A DNA stretch of 63,816 nucleotides, the filler included, from Octopus bimaculoides (Eukaryota): the NCBI RefSeq assembly GCF_001194135.2. It is 5 parts of 4 records of this genome, joined end to end, with 100 filler letters (N's around TTAATTAATTAA, not from the genome) between each part and the next. Parts side by side here need not be neighbours in the genome. Positions count along the whole stretch, not along the records: positions 21,119 to 40,189 come from NC_068984.1; positions 40,290 to 54,286 come from NC_068985.1; 3 more parts are not named here. One strand, written 5' to 3'. The notes beneath the pieces were generated by a model that saw only the letters and a program-made list of their open reading frames with translations, made no database searches and had not been told where the DNA came from. Below, in pieces: positions 39,051 to 50,699 of this stretch. The translations under genes were made by a program, and so were the position numbers. Position 1 is the stretch's first letter. The number at the start of each line of letters is the position of its first letter.

Positions 39051-40075
39051 AGGATGCATTTCTTATAAAGGAGTGAAAAAGCGATTAAATTAATAAACAA
39101 GAATGTTTACCACTGAAATGTTGCTCGCCTTCGGCCCATATTTTTGTCGCTCCCCCATTGCCCCGTCATCTGTTCAACGTAGAGAATACAACTAACTGTG
39201 AGATATGCAGTGGTATCTCAGAACAATTGCCAAAATATTCCATAACAACAGTCAGAAAATTTAGTTTCCCATTATGAACCATAATTACAGAATTGGGTGA
39301 AATTAATGATGAATTTACCGTCTTTGTTTGATGTACGTTGCTCACTAATGTATGCTCGGAATGTTTCCCTCCTCAACATTGATACTCAAAGATGGTGGCG
39401 GGAGTCAATACTGATAGCCACTGTCTTAATGAAGGTTTCGAACGGTTTATCTGATACCCAGGATGAGGGAGTACTTTTTAACGAGAATTTACGGTATTTC
39501 TCAATTATTTTCTAGTCACTATTTCAACAGACTTCAACTTCCCCAAATCAACGAAGAAATATTTATATGGTCACTCGAACTGTGAGAAGCAGGGATGACC
39601 TTGAAACTACACGCCAACGTCTTAAACAAGGAAAAATTCATTAAGTAAAAAATACCCAGTTATCACCTAAAAGATGGCATGGTTACAGTTCGATTCCTTT
39701 TATTCATAGGTTTATTCGATCAGAGATGAGCTAGAAATAAACAACACAGCAACGTCAACTTGCCTATTGTACGTCCAATAACGTTGATGTATTTAAAATA
39801 TGTTGCCAAAACAACGGCAAAACAATTAAGCAATTTTCCTATGAGATATTATCATGCTAATCACGGTCTCTCATACTTTTTCAGCGTGTATGTTGATAAT
39901 AGTTAATAATGAGATCTATCGAGGTGATAATAGCGTACGTCAGGTTTTGGCAGTAATTAATTTGAATATGTCGATCAAAAAAGAAGGAGAGAGAGAGAGA
40001 GAGTGACTGAGGGAGACTGACAGGGAGCGAGAGAGATGTGTTGAGAGTGAAGGGAAAGAGATGTGACTCACGCGG

Positions 40076-40125
<50 letters not shown>

Positions 40126-41405
40126 ACGCACACAGACATTCATATATAGATACGCAACGTACAAATTAAAGGATATATATATGTATATANNNNNNNNNNN
40201 NNNNNNNNNNNNNNNNNNNNNNNNNNNNNNNNNTTAATTAATTAANNNNNNNNNNNNNNNNNNNNNNNNNNNNNNNNNNNNNNNNNNNNTATATATATAT
40301 GTATGTATGTATGTATGTATCTCTCACTCCTCCTCCTTGACCCTCTCGTCGCTGACACGTGACGAAAGGGATTCTTCCTTTCTATTTACTGCATTCCTAT
40401 AGGGGGTTCCTATAAGGTTGTTATCCACCCCTGATTGGAACTTTCCCGTATGACATGTACGCATGCTCAGTGACTTGCTTTAACTTCTGCAGACGACTCA
40501 CATACTGTACTGACCGGTTAATATTGTCTCCGAAGAAATCACGCGAATACTGTTGTGTATATGCAGCCACTATAGAGGGAAGAATGTAGACGGCAAAGTT
40601 ATTTCACTACATAGATATGCTGCAAACGTAGTTATTCGTCGGTTTTTAGCTTCAGAGATCGAGACTTATGAGGAAAGACTTTGTTTACACTGCAAGCTAT
40701 GATATGTTTCTTTATATATATATATATATATATATATNNNNNNNNNNNNNNNNNNNNNNNNNNNNNNNNNNNNNNNNNNNNNNNNNNNNNNNNNNNNNNN
40801 NNNNNNNNNNNNNNNNNNNNNNNNNNNNNNNNNNNNNNNNNNNNNNNNNNNNNNNNNNNNNNNNNNNNNNNNNNNNNNNNNNNNNNNNNNNNNNNNNNNN
40901 NNNNNNNNNNNNNNNNNNNNNNNNNNNNNNNNNNNNNNNNNNNNNNNNNNNNNNNNNNNNNNNNNNNNNNNNNNNNNNNNNNNNNNNNNNNNNNNNNNNN
41001 NNNNNNNNNNNNNNNNNNNNNNNNNNNNNNNNNNNNNNNNNNNNNNNNNNNNNNNNNNNNNNNNNNNNNNNNNNNNNNNNNNNNNNNNNNNNNNNNNNNN
41101 NNNNNNNNNNNNNNNNNNNNNNNNNNNNNNNNNNNNNNNNNNNNNNNNNNNNNNNNNNNNNNNNNNNNNNNNNNNNNNNNNNNNNNNNNNNNNNNNNNNN
41201 NNNNNNNNNNNNNNNNNNNNNNNNNNNNNNNNNNNNNNNNNNNNNNNNNNNNNNNNNNNNNNNNNNNNNNNNNNNNNNNNNNNNNNNNNNNNNNNNNNNN
41301 NNNNNNNNNNNNNNNNNNNNNNNNNNNNNNNNNNNNNNNNNNNNNNNNNNNNNNNNNNNNNNNNNNNNNNNNNNNNNNNNNNNNNNNNNNNNNNNNNNNN
41401 NNNNN

Positions 41406-41492
41406 GTCCACCTTTCTTCCAGTAACATACTGTCCATATAATCTTAAATATTTCTTTAACTCAGGCACAGTAAGTACTTCGATAAGTACCAT
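41406..41492 (-). CDS. SAP-domain N-terminal coding fragment, running into a gap
   Basis: MVLIEVLTVPELKKYLRLYGQYVTGRKVD aligns without gaps to the SAP consensus LTVAELKEELKKRGLPTSGKKAEL; the ATG is in atcATGG context. Confidence 0.55.
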
Positions 41493-42073
41493 GATAAGAC
41501 GTAAAACAATAACAATAGCGTGGATAGTCTGCGGAAGTTTAATTGTCTACATGGAGCACCGCCTAGCCAAGGGAGATAACCTGATTATAGGAAAGCCCTG
41601 TAGAGAAGACGCAAATTTTTTCACTCTCTAACTAGCGTTCAAAATAATTTTTCTATCGTCTTGGCCTAACAGCCCTTACCGTTTGTTCTCACTGTTCTGT
41701 CTTGTTTTTACTGTCTTGTTCTCACTGTCCTGTTTTTGTTTACACTTTCACTTTCCGCAAAAATTCCCAAATTTTAATTAATTTGCTTGCGGGAAGGAGA
41801 GGGACTGCTCCTTGCCTTCGAAACGCGGAGTAGATGGAACAGGGACAACTGAAGAAGGGTAATATTCTTTATGTTGCCTGTCTCGTTTCTCTGTTTGTTT
41901 TTTTCGTTGTTCAAAAAAAAGTTCGTTTTCTGTTTTCGTCTTTATGTTTTCGTTTTTCATTGTGTTCAACGTTTTTTGTGATGTCCTGTATTCATATGTA
42001 TGTATACATATAGATGTAGGTATGTACATATATGTATGGATATATGCATATAATTATATATTATTTATGTTAC

Positions 42074-42145
<72 letters not shown>

Positions 42146-42519
42146 CTAAACGCAGAGATAGACTTCTAAATAGATAATTTGCGCTTAGATGCGCTTGACT
42201 ACTCGTGTGAAGAAATCAGAAGCATGAATAAATAGCACACTCCAATTAACAAAAAATGTCACATATCTGATTTTAATCATTTATATGAATATGTGCGCGC
42301 GCGTCACAACTGGTTCAGTAATTTATAATTTTACCAAAATATTTTATAATAAAGAAAATCAACAGAAAAGCTTGTGAAAATATACATGCCCGATTTTATA
42401 TTCAGCCCGTCTCTATATATATGTAGCTATTATTGAAATTCATAACTGTTCCTAAATATACTAAGTGCCACTGACTTTACCTGTATAAACCCTTGTATGT
42501 GCTTAGATTCCTTATATTG

Positions 42520-43416
42520 TTTTCTACTCTAGGCACAAGGTCCGAAATTTTTGGGGAAGGGGACCAGTCGATTAGATCGACCCCAGTACGCAATTGGTAC
42601 TTAATTTATCGGTGCCGAAAGGATGAAAGGCAAATTCGATCTCGGCGGAATTTGAACTCAGAACGTAGCGACAGATAAAATACCGTTAAGCATTCCGCCT
42701 GGCGTGCTAACGTTTCTTATTTCTTTATTGCCCACAAGGGGCAAGGGGCTACACACGGAGGGGACAAACAAGGACAGACAAAGGGATTAAGTCGATTATA
42801 TCGACCCGAGTGCGTAACTGGTAATTATTTAATCGACCCTGATAGGATGAAAGGCAAAGTCGACCTCGGCGGAATTTGAACTCAGAACGTCACGGCAGAC
42901 GAAATGCCGCTAAGCATTTTGCCCGGCGTGCTAACGATTCTGCCAGCTCGCAGCCTTTGTTCATACATATACTTTTCTATTCTAGGCACAAGGCCCGAAA
43001 TTTTGGGGAAGGGGCCAGTCGATTAGATCTACTCCAGTACGCAACTGGTACTTAATTCATCGACCCCGAAAGGATGAAAGGCAAAATCGACCTCGGCGGA
43101 ATTTGAACTCAGAACGTAAAGACAGACGAAATACCGCTGAGCATTTCGTCCGGCGTGCTGACGTTTCTTATTTCTTTATTGCCCACAAGGAGCTAAGCAC
43201 AGAGGGGACAAACAAGGACAGACAAAGGGATTAAGTCGATTACATCGACTCCAGTGCGTAACTGGTACTTAATTTATCGACTCCGAAAGGATGAAAGGCA
43301 AAGCCGACCTCGGCGGAATTTGAACTCAGAACGGAACGGCAGACGAAATCCCGCTAACCATTTCGCCCGACGTGCTAACGCTTCTGCTAGCTCGCCGCCT
43401 TTGTTTGTACATGTAC
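42520..43416 (-). mobile_element. Tandem pair of SINE C dimers (453-bp period)
   Basis: Units start at 42520 and 42973; each has the same truncated-head/tail junction (gtgct(a/g)acgtttc|ttatttctttattgccc) and a similar spacer (ttgtt..tacat.tac). Confidence 0.9.
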
Positions 43417-43589
43417 TGCTTATTCAATAATCATTCTACATGAACATATGGCTTGCCTTTTTTTTTATTCTTTTCTTGGGTTCTAGGACGCATAAGACTG
43501 TTTATTTGGTTTCCACGGTGTATCAGTAGCTAAGATGACATTTCCTGGGACGGACCGTCGGTCTGTTAGAAATTTCAACGCCAACACTT

Positions 43590-43770
43590 TTGAAGGGAGG
43601 CGGACAAGTCGATTACATCGACCTCGGTACATGACTGCTACTTTATTTGATCAACTTCGAGGAGATTAAAGGCAAAATTGACCTCGGCGGGATTTGAACA
43701 ACGAACGTAGAGACGGATGAAATGCCGGTAAGCATTTCGTCCTTCACGCTAACGATTCTGCCAGCCCACC
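43590..43770 (-). mobile_element. SINE family C (diverged)
   Basis: gtcgattacatcgacctc...gctaacgattctgccagc. Confidence 0.8.
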
Positions 43771-44131
43771 ATCCAATGGCATGCTTCAGTTTTCTTTATT
43801 TATACGGAAACCCTATATAAAAAGTTTTTCCTACGGCATTTTATTTCAGTTTCCGATATTTCATATTTGTACATTAAACAGCTTTTGCATTCAGCGCATT
43901 CGTTATCACACAATTTCCTATAAAAGGATATCACGTGTATTTCACGAAATAATTCCACTGTCCTTCCACTAAATTGTTCTCACTAACAAATTGTAGCTTA
44001 CATAAAACAGACATTTGCAGGTTGACACATAATCTTGTAATAATCCAGGTTTCTCAGAGGTGCAATTTTCTCCGCTTTGTTTATTTTCACGTTGATTCTA
44101 ATGCAGGTATATACATATATACATGTATATG

Positions 44132-44167
<36 letters not shown>

Positions 44168-44830
44168 NNNNNNNNNNNNNNNNNNNNNNNNNNNNNNNNN
44201 NNNNNNNNNNNNNNNNNNNNNNNNNNNNNNNNNNNNNNNNNNNNNNNNNNNNNNNNNNNNNNNNNNNNNNNNNNNNNNNNNNNNNNNNNNNNNNNNNNNN
44301 NNNNNNNNNNNNNNNNNNNNNNNNNNNNNNNNNNNNNNNNNNNNNNNNNNNNNNNNNNNNNNNNNNNNNNNNNNNNNNNNNNNNNNNNNNNNNNNNNNNN
44401 NNNNNNNNNNNNNNNNNNNNNNNNNNNNNNNNNNNNNNNNNNNNNNNNNNNNNNNNNNNNNNNNNNNNNNNNNNNNNNNNNNNNNNNNNNNNNNNNNNNN
44501 NNNNNNNNNNNNNNNNNNNNNNNNNNNNNNNNNNNNNNNNNNNNNNNNNNNNNNNNNNNNNNNNNNNNNNNNNNNNNNNNNNNNNNNNNNNNNNNNNNNN
44601 NNNNNNNNNNNNNNNNNNNNNNNNNNNNNNNNNNNNNNNNNNNNNNNNNNNNNNNNNNNNNNNNNNNNNNNNNNNNNNNNNNNNNNNNNNNNNNNNNNNN
44701 NNNNNNNNNNNNNNNNNNNNNNNNNNNNNNNNNNNNNNNNNNNNNNNNNNNNNNNNNNNNNNNNNATGTATAAATATATAAAAGGATAAAGAGAACAATG
44801 GTAAAGTTAGAAATATATTTTATGGATAGA

Positions 44831-44879
44831 GTCTTACAGCTGTTCCAGGGAAGATCCAATGCATCCCTTCATCGGAGAC
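44831..44879 (-). ncRNA. Hammerhead motif in the left arm, GAAA mutated to GGAA
   Basis: Reverse-complement partner of 44958-45006; the core A13 change is expected to inactivate it. Confidence 0.55.
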
Positions 44880-44957
44880 AGAAATAGTAAAGGAATCGAT
44901 TATTATATCTATAAGCGGAGAGTTATAGATATAATAATCGATTCCTTTGCTATTTCT

Positions 44958-45006
44958 GTCTCCGATGAAGGGATGCATTGGTTCTTCCCCGAAACAGCTG
45001 TAAGAC
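44958..45006 (+). ncRNA. Minimal type I hammerhead ribozyme motif, U4C core variant
   Basis: GUCU-CCGAUGA-AGGGA(loop)UCCCC-GAAA-CAGCUG-UA-AGAC. Helix I is GUCU/AGAC, helix II is GGGA/UCCC above an A.C pair, helix III is the palindrome ACAGCUGU, and the cleavage triplet is GUA. Confidence 0.7.
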
Positions 45007-45065
45007 TCTATCCATAAAATATATTTCTAACTTTACCATTGTTCTCTTTATCTTTTTCTCTATTT

Positions 45066-45110
<45 letters not shown>

Positions 45111-45123
45111 CAGATAGACAGAC

Positions 45124-45156
<33 letters not shown>
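45066..45156. repeat. (GATA)n/(GACA)n microsatellite
   Basis: Direct reading. Confidence 0.95.
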
Positions 45157-45159
<3 letters not shown>

Positions 45160-45734
45160 CTTTTGACTAACCATATTTTCTGAACGTTGTTGATATTTGA
45201 AGATTAGCATCTTTTGTGGTTATCTTTTAATATCAGTCAATTATACCTTAAATTCTATTCACCTTACAAATTTATCCCATCAGATTGAACTTTCAGTCTT
45301 CTTTTTACATTTTTTTAAAAATATATATTTCCATAATTTTCTCTATACATAATTCATTTGCCTTTGTAGAACCAGTATCCAAGTTCCACACATCTCTCAA
45401 TAAACAGATTTTCTCTTGTTACATGGTTCACGTAGGCAGGTGTTTCTATTTTTCTGTATTTTGCTGTTTGTTGTTTGTCTGTAATCTCCTTCGTTATTCA
45501 TATTCACAACCAAAAGATACCCCTTTACAATTCAATGCTGCTGTTTTACATATTGCAAATTGTGTTAAGGAGCAATAGGTATTTCTAAAATAGCTTTTAT
45601 TGATCTGACTATTACATGTTATGAGAAAAGGTTTATTTTTGTATAATATTCAAATTTGATTTCCCTTTTTCTTGATACTTGAGAATATGTTCACTAAAAT
45701 TAATGCTAATATTCTTTCACATAAAAAGGCCGTT

Positions 45735-46385
45735 TCAAATTACCCAGCAGAATCCTGAGAACGCCAGGAAAAAAGCTTAGTGACATTCTGACCGTCTTTA
45801 CGATCTTAGTTCAAATTCCGGTGAGGTCGACTTTGCCTTTCATCCTTTTGGGGCCGATAAAATAAGTACTAGTTGAACACTGAGGTCGATGTAATCAGTT
45901 TGCCAATTACCCCAAAATTTCAGGCCTTCTGCCTACAGTAGAAAGGAATATCCTTTCTAATAAAGGTGCCGAGCTGGCAGAATCGATAGCATACTGGGCA
46001 AAATGCTTAGCGATATTACGTCCGTCTTCAAGTTCCGAGTTCAAATTCCACCGAACTCGACTTAGCTTTTCATACTAAAATAAGTACCAGTTGAGTACTA
46101 GGGTCGATGTAATCGACTTATTCTCTCCCTCAAATTTTCTGGTCTTGCACCAAAATTTGAATTCAATGTTCTATCTAATAAAAAGGTGGTTTCAAATTAG
46201 CTGGCAGAATCGATAGCACGCCGAACAAAATGCTTAGCGGCATTTCGTCCGTCTTTAGGTTCTGAGTTCAAATTACACTGAGGTCGACTTTACCTTTCAT
46301 TCTTCCGGGGCTCGATAAAATAAGAACCAGCTGACTTAGGATCTTCCCTGAAATTGCTGGCCTTGTGCCAAAATTTTAAATCAGT
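45735..46385 (+). mobile_element. Three head-to-tail diverged SINE C copies
   Basis: Heads near 45740, 45963 and 46195, each with gcagaatc...gagttcaaatt...gaggtcgact. Confidence 0.85.
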
Positions 46386-46398
46386 ATGGATTATTGAT

Positions 46399-46956
46399 TT
46401 AAGGCTCAATCAATACCAGGGTACGTTGCGATCGCAACGTACTCTGGTTCACATCCAGTGATCGCAACGTACTCTGCTTCACATCCAATGACCTAAATGT
46501 ACCCTGGTTAACATCCAATGATCTCAACGTACCCTGATTCACATCTAATAATCTCACCGTAGTCTGGTTCACATCCAATGATCTCAACGTACTCTGTTTC
46601 ACATCCAATGATCTCAACGTACCTTGGTTAACATCCAATGATCTCAACGTAGTCTGGTTTACATCCAATGATCTTAACGTACTCCGGTTCTCACCCAATG
46701 ATCTCAACGTACCCTGGTTCACATCCGATGATCTCAACATACTTTGTTTCGCATCCGATGTTCTCAACGAACTCTGTTTCACATCCAGGGTTTTCAACGT
46801 ACCCTGGTTCACATCCAATGACCTCAACGTACCCGGTTCAAGTGGTTTAATACATTTTGACCTATAACTGGGACACTTCTCTGAATCAGAGTACACCTGG
46901 GAGCAATAGTGGCTGTTGGGTGGTCCAACATTCTTCAAAACCCTAGATCTCTCGAA
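46399..46956 (-). CDS. Candidate coding exon/ORF with 10-aa repeats (TLRSLDVNQG)
   Basis: Frame is open from 46956 to the stop at 46399 across all 13 units; many unit variants are synonymous in this frame. No homology recognised. Confidence 0.35.
   Translation of the reverse strand, partial: FERSRVLKNVGPPNSHYCSQVYSDSEKCPSYRSKCIKPLEPGTLRSLDVNQGTLKTLDVKQSSLRTSDAKQSMLRSSDVNQGTLRSLGENRSTLRSLDVNQTTLRSLDVNQGTLRSLDVKQSTLRSLDVNQTTVRLLDVNQGTLRSLDVNQGTFRSLDVKQSTLRSLDVNQSTLRSQRTLVLIEP
46441..46830. repeat. 30-bp minisatellite, 13 full units with no indels
   Basis: Consensus accctggttcacatccaatgatctcaacgt. Confidence 0.97.
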
Positions 46957-47296
46957 CTAGAGCCCATTGCTAGACGTAGTTCACACTCAGACTCGAACTG
47001 GCGTACATTGAAATCATGGATGCAATATGGTGGCTGTGAACCATTGAGTCAATAGCGAATATCACTAGATGCTGAGCAAATGAACAGAGAAAAGAAAAAC
47101 TGTTGATGTCCAGGATCAACCAGTTCAGTTAACGAACTATTATGCTTTATAGTCATGGCAGGCACAATTGAGCTATTTCGGCTAGCGAAAGACCAATGTG
47201 ACTAAAACGCAGGCCAGGTATTCATACCTCATCACTTGATTGGGACCTCTGGTGTGAAAGAGTTACATTGGTCCAGGCAAGTCGCGTGACCGGATC

Positions 47297-47338
<42 letters not shown>

Positions 47339-48391
47339 CTAATATTTTGCTCTTACACAAATTTCGTTATATACCATCATTTTTCAACAATTTTATTTTG
47401 TTTTATGTATTATCCAATTTCAATCAATTTTTATTTTCATACATTTTTTAATATTTTACAGATGGCTGCTGAACCCTGAACCATAAAATATTTCGAACAA
47501 AACAATTTTTTTTGATCGATCANNNNNNNNNNNNNNNNNNNNNNNNNNNNNNNNNNNNNNNNNNNNNNNNNNNNNNNNNNNNNNNNNNNNNNNNNNNNNN
47601 NNNNNNNNNNNNNNNNNNNNNNNNNNNNNNNNNNNNNNNNNNNNNNNNNNNNNNNNNNNNNNNNNNNNNNNNNNNNNNNNNNNNNNNNNNNNNNNNNNNN
47701 NNNNNNNNNNNNNNNNNNNNNNNNNNNNNNNNNNNNNNNNNNNNNNNNNNNNNNNNNNNNNNNNNNNNNNNNNNNNNNNNNNNNNNNNNNNNNNNNNNNN
47801 NNNNNNNNNNNNNNNNNNNNNNNNNNNNNNNNNNNNNNNNNNNNNNNNNNNNNNNNNNNNNNNNNNNNNNNNNNNNNNNNNNNNNNNNNNNNNNNNNNNN
47901 NNNNNNNNNNNNNNNNNNNNNNNNNNNNNNNNNNNNNNNNNNNNNNNNNNNNNNNNNNNNNNNNNNNNNNNNNNNNNNNNNNNNNNNNNNNNNNNNNNNN
48001 NNNNNNNNNNNNNNNNNNNNNNNNNNNNNNNNNNNNNNNNNNNNNNNNNNNNNNNNNNNNNNNNNNNNNNNNNNNNNNNNNNNNNNNNNNNNNNNNNNNN
48101 NNNNNNNNNNNNNNNNNNNNNNNNNNNNNNNNNNNNNNNNNNNNNNNNNNNNNNNNNNNNNNNNNNNNNNNNNNNNNNNNNNNNNNNNNNNNNNNNNNNN
48201 NNNNNNNNNNNNNNNNNNNNNNNNNNNNNNNNNNNNNNNNNNNNNNNNNNNNNNNNNNNNNNNNNNNNNNNNNNNNNNNNNNNNNNNNNNNNNNNNNNNN
48301 NNNNNNNNNNNNNNNNATGTATGTATGTATGTATGTATGCATCTATGTATACACATATATATGCATATCTATTTACCTATCTATACGTATA

Positions 48392-48722
48392 TACGAGGTC
48401 TGATCAATAAGTATATGGACTGTTGCCATAGTAACGAAGCTAAAGCATGCAGAGTAAAGCCGCTTGGCAAAGATTGACCTTAAACTCTGCTGTGCATGCG
48501 CACTAAAGTTTATCTTTCTAGCTCACTTCCGCTGTTTACAGTAGTGCTTGGAAAGAAGGTGCGTAGCGTTTGGCCGTCGCATTGACCATGACAGAGAAAG
48601 TTGTCATGGCGATACCTGCTCAGAGGCCTGCACAAAGTTGCAGAAAATGTATGAAGAGGAGTGTATGAGCCGCACACAAGTGTACGAGTGGTTCAGACGC
48701 TTCCAAGATGGCCGAAAAAATG
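48392..48722 (+). mobile_element. Mariner 5' end (TIR plus start of the transposase)
   Basis: TIR tacgaggtctgatcaataagt; ATG at 48588 (MTEKV), internal deletion, then GDTCSEACTKLQKMYEEECMSRTQVYEWFRRFQDGRK (HTH region). Confidence 0.9.
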
Positions 48723-49679
48723 CTATAGCAGACGACGCTTGCCTAAGGTGCTACGCAGTGGGACTGAACCCTGAACTGCGTGAATTAAGACAAAAATCTT
48801 TCATCCTCTCAACAATGCAACCAATGTAATTTTCGAAATGTAGTCAATTGATCTAAGATCTCTTGGCTCTCTGAATCGAAATAATACAAACAACCAGAAT
48901 TCAGATTTAATCGTTTTAGTAATCATTCGTTTTCTGTTCTTTTGTTTGTTTACTTTTTAAGTTATTCATACGTATCGTATCTGAGTAGAATTTGCTTGAG
49001 CGTAAAGGGAATAGCTTATGAAAGCAATCTAAAATATTCTTTTGGCGTTTTCTGGCGTGTTTATTATATAAAACTTATCAGATATCTCAAGGAATTTTCA
49101 TCGGGTCTAACTAAATGAGAAAGTTGTATTTTATTTGGGATTCGTTCTACTTTTCGCCTTAGTTAAGTTTCAAACACAAATAATAGACTTTTTTTTTATC
49201 TACATCATATGAAATAGATATGATAGATCCATTATAAATATATGAGTTTCCATTGCCTATTTAGATTTCCATTTTAGATATTCTTTATAATAAAAATTTT
49301 GCAAATTCCTTAAAAAAAAAAAAAATTTATCAACATAATTGTACTTTGAAACATATTAATTACTAAAGTAATCAATTTTTTTTTAAAGTTCAACATTCAT
49401 AGCTATGTGTTTAAGAAGTTCGTTTTGGAAATGCGACCTATACAATGTATTTCAGTATATCTTTCATCTGTTACTTGTTTCAATTAATGGACTGCGCCCA
49501 CACTGGGGCACTGTCTTGGAAGGTTTTAGTCGAACAAATCGCCCCCACTACTTATTAAATCTGTTACTTATCCCATCGATCTCCTTACAGAACTGCTACG
49601 CTGTGGGGACGTAAATAAACCAAAATTGGTTGTCAAGCTGTGATTGAGGTAAACACAACCATCAACACACACACACTCG

Positions 49680-50043
49680 GCCTTAATGTTGTTTTCACTG
49701 TTTAATTTTTCCTGTCTTGGGTTTTGTTTGCTACCTTGGAACCCTCCGCTTAGCAGGTTAATCCACTTAGCGGGAAGAGCTATTCTAAGAGCGCGTTCTG
49801 CCTCATCTTCGAAACGCCTAGTTTAGAATAGAGGCAGCTGATGAAGGAAAAGTTCCATAAGTGGCTCGTCTGTTTTCCTATGTGTTCATTCTGTTGTCCG
49901 TAAAAAAAAGTCCGTTTTTTGTGCTTTGTTATTGTTCCCATTCCTGTTTTGACGTCCTGTACCCGGATATGCATCTATATACACATGTAGATGTAGGTAT
50001 GTACATATATGTATGTATACATGCATATGCTCATATATCATTT

Positions 50044-50088
<45 letters not shown>

Positions 50089-50111
50089 NNNNNNNNNNNN
50101 NNNNNNNNNNN

Positions 50112-50142
<31 letters not shown>

Positions 50143-50150
50143 TATACACA
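49680..50150 (+). mobile_element. PLE-like 3' terminal repeat family, also at ~41640-42140 and 18540-18753
   Basis: Shared aaaaaaaagt(t/c)cg...atgtaggtatgtacatatatgtatg...(att)n(at)n architecture with cgaaacgc...ctga(t/a)gaagg remnants. Confidence 0.5.
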
Positions 50151-50416
50151 ACACTGCTCTTTCAGTCTCCGTTTACCAATTTTACTCATAAGGTTTGGTC
50201 GGCCCGGGACTTTAGTTGAAGACATCTGTCTAAGTTGCCACGCAGTGGGACTCTACCAAGAAACATCTGACTGGAAAGCAAACCTTTTACCACACACCCA
50301 CGCTTTCTCCAAGGAAAATATGAAAGCCTTCACGAATTTGCGTGTCATCCTTGCGTTTCATTTTCTTTTGTTCGTACACCTATGTAGTTTGTGTGTGTGT
50401 GATATGTGTATGCGTG

Positions 50417-50454
<38 letters not shown>

Positions 50455-50699
50455 CGTGTGCGTGTGTGTGTGTACGTGCGTGTGTTTTCGTGTAAGTGCG
50501 TGCTTACACGCTTTAAAACTACCACATTTGCTTATTGTTTCACTCTTTGCCTGTCCAAAGCATTTTCATTCGTTTGTTCTAAACGTCCATGCCTGTTTCT
50601 AGACTTTCATTTAGACCCTGTTTCATACTTTCCGTATAATATAGAGCTTTCATCTCATAAATCTTAAGTTAGTCTGGTGGTTGTAAACAAATGTGAATC

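Larger units (their letters stand above)
44769..45068. repeat. Near-perfect palindrome: 146-bp arms, 8-nt loop
   Basis: 44769-44914 pairs with 44923-45068 with only a few mismatches; loop gcggagag. A left-arm copy recurs at 53376-53520. Confidence 0.95.

Noticed and set aside
46441-46830. 30-bp array as a CRISPR-like array
   Set aside because: Units are contiguous with no unique spacers, and the context is eukaryotic.
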